Shown here piece by piece: positions 29,301 through 42,200 of a DNA stretch of 64,000 bases. Source of the DNA: an uncultured Prevotellaceae bacterium (GTDB lineage Bacteria; Bacteroidota; Bacteroidia; Bacteroidales; Bacteroidaceae); contig CACZMV010000005.1 in the NCBI GenBank assembly GCA_902782305.1, positions 9,008 through 73,007 of the forward strand. Reading direction: 5' to 3'. Position numbers and translations under genes: made by a program. The notes under the pieces were generated by a model. It worked only from the letters and a program-made list of their open reading frames with translations. It did no database searches and was not told where the DNA came from. How positions within the stretch are numbered: the stretch's first letter is position 1; every line of letters starts with the position of its first letter.

Positions 29301-30174
29301 GTTCGATAATGAAATAGTTTCTATCAGTTATTTCTGTTGTTTGTTCAAGATGTACTCTTCTTCGATGAGTTTTATTAGTGCCCAAACTTGCTATTGCATC
29401 ATTCACAGTAAGATACCTATAATCATTGTCACCAAACTTTTGCTTGAAGGTATAGTAATTTGTATTCTCCACCTTCTCAACAATCCAAAGAGACTCGTCT
29501 GTCTGTCTGGTTTGATAGGTCGTTAGGAAAGGAGTATCATTATAATTTAGTGTTGTTTCTATAGTTCCATTATCATAATACTCATGTGCAGGACACAGAT
29601 AGTAATTGCTCGCATTATCGTATCCCTGATAATTGCGGTTAGAATTGCTACTGTTATTGGCAATATAATACACTCCCGAATAGTCTGCGGACTCCAGAGC
29701 CCAGACTGTATTCACTCCCAACATCAGCAGGAGGAGGGACATGACGACATTCTTGCGTCCTTTCAGTAGCAAGAATGTCGTTATGAACGAGCCGTAATCT
29801 CGTTGGCAGCGAGCCGTAATCTCGTTGGCAGCGAGCCGTCGCTCGAGCTCTGCTCGCTTGCTACTGAAAGGACGCAAGAAGCCCGTTTTATTCCCAGGCT
29901 GGGAATGTTTCTTCCCCAAGGTGGGAATATTTTGTTCCCCGTATGGGAATAAATTTTTTGTTTCGAGGCATACTGTAGGCATACTGTAGGCATACTCTAG
30001 CCATACTCTAGCCATACTCCAGGCTGCTTCTAGCCATACTCTAGGCATACTCATGAGCCTGCCTAGAGCTTGGGAACACCTTGGGTACACCTTGGCTACA
30101 CCTTGGCTACACCTTGCCATCATCCTTGTTACTCGCTTCTTACTTCTATATGTCGTATTCATAGTGTGTGTCAT
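26323..30174 (-). CDS. 1283-aa T9SS-type surface protein: repeat-derived leader, beta-trefoil-like region, two chitobiase/Fn3-like domains, MBG domain
   Basis: IHYTIDGEDP and IYYTTDGTEP; LTIKANNKTIGYGD..GSYVITPSGLTSTNYDI (MBG); Prevotella-type CTD TGIE...WYTLDGR...KGLYIVNGKKVVIK. Confidence 0.8.
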   Translation of the reverse strand: MTHTMNTTYRSKKRVTRMMARCSQGVAKVYPRCSQALGRLMSMPRVWLEAAWSMARVWLEYAYSMPTVCLETKNLFPYGEQNIPTLGKKHSQPGNKTGFLRPFSSKRAELERRLAANEITARCQRDYGSFITTFLLLKGRKNVVMSLLLLMLGVNTVWALESADYSGVYYIANNSSNSNRNYQGYDNASNYYLCPAHEYYDNGTIETTLNYNDTPFLTTYQTRQTDESLWIVEKVENTNYYTFKQKFGDNDYRYLTVNDAIASLGTNKTHRRRVHLEQTTEITDRNYFIIEPIETVKGINSYAICCLDDYKSGNNKYLNPPSGNYNQYTANGGDSGGIIGFYLKINNNKIETGSQWFFEVPKPIIHIDGNNNLSLTCANEDVTIHYTIDGEDPSATGTDDIYNATDNIQLTEGVHTIKAIAVMNNGNVGYASGLITQEVTVFSTEHPYLISNNQNPWTIGSETKNIFYLIPSDVSSGNTTVNTTSMPRPTMEWNIRYTGETDGELYLNIINAKTGAYLYRTGDNIYMKTPSEKTSLENDGDNGFKFYLIKRTDGYSIVPYGITNKYLNKNSGNTNKNAVNLSGTDNEYSQWNFVTKDEVLNDDILPFTSSDANTAVYYKIQNGNGDNYFIIPPTTNYATASDATDDATVKKMSWCFVKVEDPNDDDWLTYYKVVNAETGKALHYTEIANTSLNVGSYDDEDDNYKFAFVKSPTSNYYYIVPKAIKDDQLAQIPMIWRDNNALKKGATRGNSGNIWTFTQADIFCNDPVFEENAGSITISCVPDITRIYYTTDGTEPNPNDENQRYTNNTPFSASDQLLIKAIAFVSDGTNTDSSPVITLLNNPVVTLETGPYTYKGTAWEPSVTLSVGTTQTTTGFSTTYDKNINAGTETANVTITDADDTDVLYIWNVPVTYFSIDKAPLTIKANNKTIGYGDEPDNDGVTYNGFVGNPAETESVLGGTLSYSYTTSGDDPQPYTPFDAQYGNQGSYVITPSGLTSTNYDITFSTGVLTVAKKSIGDGALAEGFTLSFDEDGNVILEFGIHTLNKDVDYTIGNEVVGTKYSTRTLSGVGNYDGSVVIRNAIVHFTTDANQTEWSATFVAESSGGTDIGHALPEDIAAYIISDIEGTWAIPEPLEYIPAGVPVLLVTHEEKNGFLVKDASNVTAITPEQIAYNKLKRVTAESAHFNTKEIYVLYKNEFVLNKGGDLGNGKVYMENPNYDAPSPSPAPANLRIAWGNVTGIEDGRWKMDDGRSDRWYTLDGRCLIGKPTAKGLYIVNGKKVVIK
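29740..30117. repeat. Patchwork of 11- and 22-bp tandem repeats plus a 24-bp inverted repeat in the 5' coding region
   Basis: Blocks at 30071-30117, 29967-30052, 29890-29950 and 29789-29838; perfect IR at 29750-29773/29857-29880. Confidence 0.9.
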
Positions 30175-30202
30175 ATCTATTCTTTACTCTCTTGTTCTAT
30201 TT

Positions 30203-33200
30203 TTACTTCAGTGCCAGTTTCTTCATATATCTGCCATTAGCGGCACGGATAATATAGACACCAGCGATAGGAATATCGGTCTCGATGGTTTCGCCGGGCT
30301 GGATGGTGCACGCAGCGATAGACTGGCCGCTGACGCTATAGATGCGGACATCAGCAGGCTGGCGCAACGACGAGGTAGTAACCAGCTTGCGAGGCTTCGT
30401 TGAGAAGGTCAGCTCGCCTACCAACTCGTCGGAAGGATCGTCGTTACCGAAGGCGAATGACGAGTTATCGCTGTCGAAAATAATCTGTTGGACAGCCCTG
30501 CGGGACGGAGCATTGCCTGGTGTCGGAGTCTTCACGAAGTACGGACGGAAGGCGACGGCATTACCCGTTTGTCCATTAGGCACTTTCTTAAAGGCATTGC
30601 CATCATCGTTCATCAGGTAGTCTGCTGTCAGCGTCTGGTTCTGATAGTTTGTCTTGAAGGTATAATCATTTTGCGTTACACCCTGCTCATTATCACTGAT
30701 CTTGACGCTAGCACCAGTTGCCGAAGCAAAGGTGATAACCTGCTTATCCAGTTTTTCAGGTGGAGCACCGTTAGTGTTCTGAGCTCTCCATACTCCACTG
30801 AGGTCAAACTCATAATAGGTTGTACCTGGGAAGCCGATAATGTATGGAGTACCTGCAGCCAACAAAGGATAATGTGACAACGTACGCGGTTCATCATAAT
30901 ACATCTGGTATGTATCCGTATGCTTATCCTGTTGATTATGTCCGAGTACAGCCTTATAATAATAATCCCAGAGGAACGTATTATTCACCGTCTTCGCATC
31001 GCCACCGGTTATGGCATCCGGATAGTTGAACACTCCCTTGAAGACAGTACCTTCAGTTTGTCCGCCCTTATACTCACGGAGCCAGTATTCGTGACCAACC
31101 TTCGATGTTCCATCCTCTGAGCGGCTCTCACTGTAGAAGTGTGTGATCTCACCCTTCTGTTGCGTGGTAACGAGTTCGGCAGAGAATGGCAGGCTGACCA
31201 TATCCCATCCATCCGACGTGTCGACGAAGTTTTCTGGAGTGCGCTGGTACCACATGCGGTGCGTCGTATCGAACTGATAACCAAATGGTGCGTTGAAGTC
31301 TTGCTTATCAACGAGCAGATGGTCGGTAGTTGCCTGCATGTTGCTCTGCACCAGATGTCCATGAACACTCGACATGCCCAAAATATCTGGAGATGATGGT
31401 TTCGTCGCATCGGTTACACAGCGGTAGTTGCCTCCCTGATAATAGTCATTATAGTCGGGGTCCTTGAAGTAGCTGTTCAGTACGGCGTACGTCTTACTAT
31501 TAGCATAACCACTCTCCGAGGCTGCCGCAGGAGCATAAGCCAGCAAGTTTGGCGTCTCGTCGCGGTTGGAAATGCCCAGCAGTCCGTCATCGTCGAGCAA
31601 CGGTTGATAGAACCATGTGCCGTTGAGTCCCAACTTATAAGCATCACTACTATGACCCTCTGTATGCCCGGCGAAGTCTATAGCCGTCATACCCGGATAA
31701 GCCTTCTTCAGGTTGGTGTCTGTAGCGTTCAGAGGCTTCGAGTAAGCCACGAGATTAACAGCCGGATTGAAGTGAACTACCGACATGGTACTGTTACCGA
31801 AGTAAGCTGGTGCGCGGTAAACGCGGTTATTCAAGTCACTGGCAAGCAGTCGTCCACTGTTCTTCACGATAGGCGACGGTACATCCTCATGTGGACGAGA
31901 CTCATTCCAACGATAGGTCAGCATCTGTCCGAAGTACAGATAGTCATCAGGCCAGATAGGATAGAAGTGTGACACACCGTCTTCGTCGACGAGTTGTCGA
32001 TCCTCCTTGGTCTCCGGTATCACACCTGCCTCATAGCGGAAGTCGCCGTCAGCATAACGATTCTCCACATAGCCTGCATAGCAGTAGCTTGGATTATCAC
32101 CATACCTGATGTCCTTCGGAGCAGACAGCGTGTTGTCGTTGTTGACAGTATAATACTTATATGGTTCACTTGACCCTTGATGCTTGTCGGTATAACGCTT
32201 ATAGAGATAGAAGCCATTCAGGTCGTAAGCTACCTCACCATTGTAGAAGGCGTGCTCGGCCTTGCGGGTTGGTATGCCATAGGTACTCGTACTCGGGTGG
32301 TTCGTGTACTTATAGGTAGCATCATCGTTCTCCTGATAGTAGCAGTTCACGATGCGGTAAGGACGGTCCGTTGTCAGGCCAGTCGGTTCCCCGAACACTG
32401 GTTTCGACGTGCGCGCAGCCATAGCGGTACTCTTTATCCAACAGTTCTCCACATAACCGCTACCCGTCTCAGTAATACCAGCACCGGTGAACGTTCCCGT
32501 CACACCGAGGTTATAGACGCTACCGCAGAGATGGTTGAACAGTGACTGCGAAAGTCCACTGATGTAGTGACCGTCACCATGAATGGTACCTTCGAAGCAT
32601 TCACCTTCGTTATTGGCGATTGGTGTCCACCCGCCTGTATGGTTGATGTTTGTACGCAGGATGAAGTCAAGGTTATCGCAATCCTTCACCTGTTCAGCCA
32701 ACGGAGCATGACCAGCGAAGGTACCACCAGTAATGAGACCCTTGCTATCCAGCGTAGGATTATTCAACACACTCAGGTCAAAGAGACTCTTCAACTGACT
32801 GGCACCATTTGCAGCATCATTGATATAAATCTTCGGGTTACGCTTCAGACGCTCCAAGTCAGGAATATCCACATAGTAGTGGTGTTCCTTATCCTCTATC
32901 ACCTTCTTCAAATCGTGATAGTTGGCCACCTTCACCTGTACATGGTTCGAGTACGTCTTACCACCGATGTACGACAAAGCGTAGTAGGCCAGACGGTAGC
33001 CGTCCTGATACCAATAGAGCGGATCGGTGTTTGGTGTGTAAGGAATACCGTTGGTATGACTCTCAGCATCCGACATACTCTCGAACAACTCCCAGCCACC
33101 GCCAGTTACCTCCGTAGCACCAGGAATGACATCCGGTTCACGCAGACCCAGCATATCGCCAGGGATGACCATCGGCAACTCATCAATATCGGGTACGGTA

Positions 33201-36200
33201 GGACTACCACTCTTGAACGTGATATGGATATTCACCACATGGCGCTCTGTGACAGGAGTGATATGCAGTCCTGACTCATCGCTTTCTTCGTAGTTATACT
33301 CATAGATGACTGTGATAACTTTACCCTTCGACAAGTCATCGATGTCCGAGTCACGACTGACATAAAGCGTAGATGTCTCTGTCGGTGCGATACCGTGGAT
33401 GGTGAAGTTCACCTGCTTGTTGACAAGGTTACCGTAATTTGTCTCATCGATGACCACACCTACAGGCACCTCTTGGGTATTATCATAATTACCACCTGTT
33501 CCACCCGATACACCAGAGGCACTACTTACTGACGTTTTGGCTCCATTTTCACCGATGGTATATACTTCACGACAGTAATAATAAGTACCTGCCGTAGTGA
33601 ATCTGAGCGTGCTTATTCTGTCATCCTGATCGTCTGTACTCAACTTGTTAAAGGCTGTTTGATCAATGGTTGCACCGACGGCATAGAGCTTGTTATCAAT
33701 AGTGACAGACTTCTTGACGACATAGATATCATTTCCTGTGTCTGTCACATTAATCGGTGCATAGTGACGCTGCTCGTTAGGCAGAGACTCGTATTCTGTG
33801 CGCTTATACACCTTATTTGGCTCCAACTTTATACCATTATAAGTTTCCGTTTCACTACCATTATACGTTGCCTCGTAATCCACACGCTGCTCCAAGGAGT
33901 AGCCAGCAGGGTTATCCTTTGCTCCTTGCAAGGTTGCGTCTTTACTGTCGTACTGGTACTTCACACCCTCAGGTTGCTGCGTACCATTTTCACGCTTACC
34001 GTACTTAGAGTCTATAAGCAGGTCGAGGGCATCGTAGTTGAAGGTGAACTTCGTGCGGTCTTCGGGCGACATCGAACTCCAGGCAATTAAGCCACGGTAG
34101 TTCTTGTTGCCTATGTAGTAGTCACCACCATAAAGACCAGGCGTGGTACAGTAGTAAGCCGGTGTAATCTGGTTGTTAATATCCCGTTTTGTCTGCAGCA
34201 ACGTACGCAATTCCTTCTTCTGGTCGTACGTCAGAGCGTTGATCTCCTCATCAGTCAACTCGTTCATGTTACTGATGACTTTACCTGCAATAGCTGTGAT
34301 GTCAATATTGACCCGGCTAAGGTAGTTGTCCTTATCGGCAAGGGTCATCTTACTGTTGACATAGATAAACTCCGTACTACTCAGTTGGATAGTCTTTCCG
34401 CAGACATAGGCACCTTCCACCTTACCAGTATAGTTACCTGCTTCTGTCTCTGGCAGTACAGCACCAGGATACAGGTGAGTAGTAGTACCTGCTATGTCTA
34501 TCTGTTCAGTGACGATATAGGCTGGTTCAAATATAGCCTGTCCTTCTGAGGGGACTTCGTTGCTATGGGTATTCTTCACTGTCTGGTAGGTGTCATAGAC
34601 TTCCTGAGCGATGACATCGCTTATCTTATATGCTCGTTGTCCAAGTAATTGACCTACACCACTGGTAAGACGATAGGTCGGTCCGTTCTCATAGTCATTA
34701 CCTCCCGTCTGGTTCTTAGACGTGTAGTCACCACTCTTCGGGGTGTACCATGTGTTCCACTCCGTGGGGTTGTTTACCCTATAGGTGAGGATATAACCCG
34801 TCTCATGACTCATATTATTGGACGAACGGAACATCTTGGTGAAGGGTACTTCTACATCCTCTACAACACCATTGTCGTTCTTACGCTTCTGGATGACAGT
34901 CTGGTTCTTTAACTCATCGTATTCTGAGGGAAGCAGTACATATCCTTCCTTATACTCCTTCTCGCCAATCCAACAGTCATCTACAACGACGTATGTCTCG
35001 TCAACGAACAGTCGCTGTTCTGCCTTCGACAGTTTATACCAATCCCAGTAGCTGATAGAGTCATTCAACTGATAGGTGACATCGTTGATGTTGAGTTTCT
35101 GACCCTCTTTCAGCCTATCAACACCATTAGAACTATAGTACGCATACTTGTTGGGGCGTACGTCGAGAAGTTTCATCGTTCCGTGTGAGGCAGCCGTAAT
35201 GGTCAACGGGATGTCCACCGTCTCACTATAGGCATTAGGAACACCGGTATAGACGGAGATATGCTGGTCGTATACATATACCTGACCCTGGATATACCAG
35301 TAGTGGGCAGGTACGGCATCAGCCCCCTTGTACTTTCCACTGATATTGTAACAATCGTCGATTATGGTCTGCTCACCGTGTACGAAGTTACCAGACGACT
35401 GCCATTCCGTCTTGGTTCCATCATTAGTTGTATATGTAAAGTCATCACTGGTCACGGCACCACGGTTCAGCTCTGTCAGCGTGACATGAGTCTTGCCTGT
35501 AGTATTTCGCACACCATGCTCGTTCTTCGCATAAACGAAGCCACCACCGATACCCGTTTGCACATTGATCAAGTCGAGTTCCACGACACCAGTTATCACC
35601 CCCCAGTCTTTCTCGTTTAACTCGTCTCCAATACCACGTTCTGTGGTCAATTCCAGATAAACACCTGATGCCAACGCCACCTTATTATGGCTGATACCAT
35701 TGTTACGCTTGCGGTTACCGATGTTAGCTTTCTTCCAGTCTTCGTAAGTAGCAACTCCGTATGCTTTTCCATCTACAGTCTGCTTATAGGAATCGTCACT
35801 ATTGTCAGTCTTACGCACTGCCTTCTTAAAGTCTACATCGCTGGTCAGCGCACCGAGATAGTTTACGACGCTATAGATACCGAAGTAGTTACCATGATAT
35901 TCTTCTGTAGTTTCTGGATCTGTCTGTATGAATTTCTTCTTATTCAGCGACACCTCACGCACGCGGTTGATGGTATATTTCGTATAGTCGATAACCTCAG
36001 GCACACGGTCCTGTGCACCCTGCATCACCATACGGCTGCCAAAGACACCGCAGAAGTCGGCACGCTGGATGGTGTTCATAGGACGACCAGCATAGATGGT
36101 ACATACACCATTCTCTTTCCAATAGGCTGCATTGATGTTACCATTTTCATAGACGATATCTGGCTGATTCTTGAATAGTGACAGAATATCATCACCCGTC

Positions 36201-39200
36201 AGCGTCGAAGCTTTTGGATGGTCAGTACTTTTCGCAAAGTATGCCGTACCCTCATCGTCAACACAATCCTGCACACAGATGTAAGTCAACTGATAGTAGG
36301 CACGCTCGCGGTCTGTGTATTTATCAGACTTATAATCTTTTATATCAATTTGTGGATTCTGTTGAATAGTATAATAGTCTGTTCCGTAGTTGGTGATGTT
36401 CAGACCACGGTAGCCGTCGACGAAGGTCAGGTTACCATCACCGTACAAGCCACCGATACGACCAGAGCCCAATGTGATAAGGTCGAGGTTATAGACATCA
36501 TGGATAGAAGCCGTGGCATTACCAAATACCGAGGTGCTGTTGGCGAAGGCAGCTTCATTGGTAGAACCCTTAGTGGTGTTACCACCTGCAAATACGGCAT
36601 TATAGATGATGATGCCCTTCTTGTCTAACTTATCCCAAGCGGGATCGTTCTTGTTGCCGAGGGTGTTTAAGTAAGAAATAGGTACGTAGTCACCGACTTT
36701 ATAATTGCCAAAAGCGGTCAGTACCTTACAGCGAGGCTCAACGAGTACCTTGCAGTCCTCGGTGAGGATGTACTCGGTGCCGTCCATTACCCACTGACCT
36801 TTATTTTCTACGGCAGTAGCAGACTCTCCATTATACGACTTTCCTGCGTCTAGCTTAAACTTGTAATAATAGCCCTCATATATATCGTCATAACGGGTAC
36901 CGTCCTTAACACCAACATAGAAGTTTCCGTCTTCCTCACTAGCACTATATACATAACCGATATCACCACCGCCAAAGACGTTACCATTGCTACCACCCGT
37001 CTCAGAGACACCTTCAGAAGTACCGACTATACCTCCGTGGATGTTCACCAGCGTCTTTCCAAACACATAACCATCTGAGAACAGCTTACCGCCGCCACCT
37101 AAGTTGTTGTAACCACGACCACCGCCAAACACATTACGGTGTACATGACCATCGAACAACGTGACATTGGTGCTACCTGCCTTATAAAGGCCCTGCAGTG
37201 TGCGCTTTGCCTTACCGTTGGCCTCTATTTTCTCATGGATAACTCCACGACCTATGGCAGCAATCTCACCACCGCCGAAGAGGGAGTTACGCACATGACC
37301 ACCATACATCGTGACGTTAGAGATATCCACACTACTGTTGTCGATATATCCGCCGCCAAAGATACATCCGCTGTCATAGAGAGTTCCCAGACGACCGTCT
37401 TCTCGAGTCTCGTCATCAATCTTCTCCTGATAGTAGTCGTCTCCAACCTTTATGGTATTGAAATTACCTGTAGGAGCAGTATCGAAATGACGATAACCTA
37501 TGAAGCCGTTAAGCTGTGTTATATTGGTCGTACCCCATACAGCGCCACCCTCACCGCCACCATAGGCGTTACGCTCAATAGCAGGAAGGCCGTCTAAGAA
37601 ACTCGTTCCATTAGTTTTTCCGATGATGACATGTGTCTCACCAGGAATATCACTGGTGTAAGAAGCCGTAAGACCACCCATGTGATGACCGACCGAACCA
37701 GCCCAACCACCACCATATACGTTACGCGCCTTGCCACTCTCTATATAGGCAGTAGAGCTGGCAACAAATTTATTCTCAGCAGTACCAACAGCCAACGAGT
37801 CTTTCACTGATCCTGATGTTCCTGCGGCATAGAGGTCGAAATCAACGGTACCACCCAACAGGTCGATATAGGTGGTACCATACACATTACCACTATGGGC
37901 CAAATTACCATGTCCCAAGCCACCACCATAGCAGTAGCGGGTCACTGTCGCTCCTCTGTTGATATGAACATTGGTGTTATAATACTTCGGACGAGTGTTG
38001 TCAACCTCCCATAGACGGTTGCTGCTTACCGGCGCGGGGTTCTCATTATCGCCAAATCCAAGGTCGGTATAACCTTCCAAAGCAGTATAGAGATTTGTCT
38101 GTGTTGTCTTCCATTTTTCCACAGACTCCTTATTGATGACTAATCCATTCTCACCACCGCCATAAACCTCCTGAACCCGTGCACCATTATTCAGGTTGAC
38201 TTCCGTATATTGCGACCACGTGTTCTCACCATAGCCGGCACCATAGACATTTACCAGTCCCGTCCAGTGTGTACCGCCCTTCACAGGAGCATTGATATTT
38301 ACCTTACCATAGAGCGTACGGCGACAGGCGTTGTTACCGCCATAGATAGCCCCGTCGATGGTTGCCTTGTCGCTGTTGAAGTTGACGATAGCCTCATACA
38401 CGTCGCATGCCACATCGATACGAGGCACCTTGTTGATGACGGTATTGTTCTGATTGTCCTTTGTTTCTACTTCCTCTATGTAACCATAGGCACCACCGAA
38501 AATCTTATTACCATGGAAGGTAGAACCGGCAGGTACGTTAACTACCGTACGACGCGTGATACCCTCCATATAACTACCGCCATAGACAGCATCGAGTTGT
38601 CCGCGCGCCAGATCGATGATGGCCGATGCCTGATAAGCCGTGGCTGCAGCATTGGCTATATTCTTAGCTACACCCATGCCAACACCACCGCACTCACCGC
38701 CACCAAAGACCTGAGTGGTTTGATAATACTCAAGTTCATCGGGAATGTCAATCAGGATATAGCTGCGATTCTGCAACAGGTTCTCTTCTTTCTCGGTGAA
38801 GTATCCCTGTCCGGCACCATAAATCTGACCAACATAGGTGTAGGTACTGTTACTTGCCGCAGGACGGAAGTTGATGAAGGCATTGTCCATCCATGGCTTA
38901 GAGTAGCCTTTGTCTGTACGGGCCGTACCCATATTGGCAGTTGTCGTACCCTCACTGCCTGTTTTCTTTGTATGGAAATAGGCATCATACAACTCACTGG
39001 TATAGTCATAAACACCATAGCAGCCTCCGAAGATCTTCTCCGCACGGCCTTTGATATACTCGATATAAGCCGATGCCGTCAACATCTCCGTTTTATACAC
39101 CTTACCGATGGCATCATATCCACCATTGGTGGTAGTACGTACACGACTCGTAAAGTCTTTATTACCTAAGATCTTTCCGCCTAAGTCATTACCGCCATAG

Positions 39201-42200
39201 AGGTAATCGCGGACGTATGGGAAACCGTTGGCACCGATAATTGTTTCGGTATGTCCCTGAATGTCTGCATTACATGAGCCGGCAAAAGAGTTGAATATAC
39301 GTCCGTTGTCCAGATTGACATGTGTATCACCAGCGATAGGTCCTTCAAAGCCACCACCATAGATGAACTCACACTCAGCCAAGGCCTCGTCGACCTTCGG
39401 AGTACCGTCAGAGTTTTTTGGATCAGCCGACTTAGGCACACCGGGTTTGTTGCTGGCACCTGCGAGGTTGACATAGGTGCTGTAGGCACCATTATACTCA
39501 TAGACATATCTACCATTAGTATCCTTGTCATCGGTGGTCACATTGTTCGTAGTTGTAGTCTTGCGCTTGCCGATGGCACCTTCCTCACTACCGCCGAAGA
39601 TTTGGAATACATAGCCACTGTTCAGGTTAATCGTAGTACTACCCCATATCTCGGTCTCGACACCCTTTCCTCCACCGAATACATTCAGCGCACGACCCAG
39701 TACGTCCATACCCTGTTGACCAAGAATGACGCCTGTCTTCCTTTCTGTAATCTTATAGGTATTGCCATAGAGTTTCTCCTCACCCGTTTTGTCATCGAAG
39801 GCCACATCATCGAAGACGAGGTCGCGGTCGACAATAGATGCATTGATATTGATGATGACATTACCATTAACGATGCCACTGCTGTAACAACCTCCATAGA
39901 TATTACCACCGGCAAGACGACGATAAAGGTCGTCAGTGCTAGCAGACACACCTTCTCCTCCAATAACACCTGGGGCAACATTGGGTACTTCCTTGAACGA
40001 CTTTGTATCAGCATCGTAATAACGGCTGTCAACAGTATTCCACTCCAACTGGGGGTTATTGTTTGTATCAAGAATATAGGTAGGCTTACCATCTGTCAAC
40101 TTCGGAGTGTAGTCGGTATTACGCTCTATCTTCCAGCGCTTCGGCTGAATCTTCAAACCGCTGAAGTTCAGCTCCAACTTGTCGCCATGGGTGTCCGCAG
40201 GCAAGAGTACACCACCCTGATAGGCAGCATTATAGGTCCCGCTGTTGATATAGGCATTGTTACAGCCACCCACCACCTTATTATATATTACAACCTTATC
40301 ATCGAAGTCAACGATGAGTTTCTTGTCACTCTCATTCGGAATCTTCAGACTACCCACGTTTCCTCCTACGAAGAGTGAACCGAAATAGGTAGAGTATGGT
40401 TTATAGGTCTTCGTGTAGTCCCTTTCGGTTTCAGGCTTTGCATCCTCTGCGGCATTTTTGTCGAACACCAATTCCGGACGGATACCCATAGCGGCACCAT
40501 CCATATAGGTTTCCATCTGAGCGGCATCGGTCAGGGTAATCTTGCTGAAGTCGTATGAAGTTCCTCCGACGGTCACGCTTCCTGCATACGTCTGTAGAAT
40601 GCTTTCCTTCACCATGTTCTCACCGTTGTTACCCAAGAACACGTTGTCGGCATAGACATAGGAACCAACCTTCAACTGTGCCGTAGCATTACCACTACTA
40701 CTCTCCAGTGTGGCACTGTTACCACCACAATAGATGGCACCACCGATGACGACAGGTTTATCTGCTGATTCACCACTGATACGAATAGACACAGACTCCG
40801 CATTAGGACGGAAGTCGTTGAGAGCCGCTACAGAATTGGGACCTGTGATTGCAGTATTTGCTGCTTTTTCAAGAATCTTGTTTACATCATAGTAATAGTC
40901 GCCCCATCCCACAGAACCGGCCAAGTCAGGATTGTCGGTATAGGCATACGAACCATTACCACCACCATAGACATTCTGGTTGATACTACAGTGAATACCT
41001 ACGGCATTACCACCATACACATTGCCAGAGATATCGTTACCACCATAGACATTGTTGATGTTACCACCCGTAATATAGACACGAGCAGCATAATCGGCAG
41101 GGTAGGACACACCATCAATCGTTTCGGCGGTAATGCGATTCTTATCAGGATTGACATCAGCTTTACGGCATCCGCCATAGACGTTGTCAATCTCCATATC
41201 GTTGCTGGTAACTGCCAACAGAACACCATTATCATGGGTCATGTTACCGGCATTACCACCGCTATAGAGGTTACGGATCTTACCTTTGATCAGGTTCCAC
41301 GTAGGACGGATGGCCATCGCCACCTTATTGTTACCGCCAAACACACTACCCATCTGGTAGGAAGCACTGTTGGCATAGCTCAGATAAGGATTGAAGCCCA
41401 TCTCTATGAAACGCTCATCTGTCAGCAGTTCTTCAACATCATCGCCCGTTGCATTATCAGCCATAAGAGCCCCCGTTTCAGTATTCACCTTGATATGATT
41501 CACCACCTCACTGGGGTTATTCGTACAGATCACCGTCTTGTTTGTCACGGTAGCATTGTTACCGCCACCGAAGACATAGACGATAGAGCCACCCACAATC
41601 TCAAGATAGGTCTTGCCAAGCTCGGGCAATTTCGGTTGGGCTTCATTTTCATAGACTTTAACAGGAGTAGCATCTTTTGTCCATATTTCCCACTTATGAG
41701 ATTCACTATTATCGGGATTCTGTACCGTATAGTCACCATTGCTACCGCCATAGAGGTTACCGATATACACCTTATGGTTGGTTGTCATTGTTGTTTGATT
41801 AGGACCTTCACCCGTCGTCACACTTTTTACTGAACTGACACGGACAAAGGCATTCCATGTGTTGTCGATGTTATTCTTTCCTGCTTCAGTACCTACTTCA
41901 GTCAAGCCATCAGAAGAATTAGTTTTCAAAGGAAGATTATCGGACGTGCCGATGGTTCCGGCGATATCGTTACCGCCGTATACATTATTTATTAATATAT
42001 AGGAAGTAGAAGGCGTATTTTCGCCATCGATGTTAACGAAGGTCGATCCGGCGATATTTGCCATACGGGCACCGCCATAGACGTCACCTGTAAAATTACC
42101 TTCACGCACGGTAACAGTGGTACTACCGCCTGTTTTGCCGGCATTACCGCCACCATAGACGTTACCGCCAATCTTTATCTGAGCATTGACAGTTGACCAT

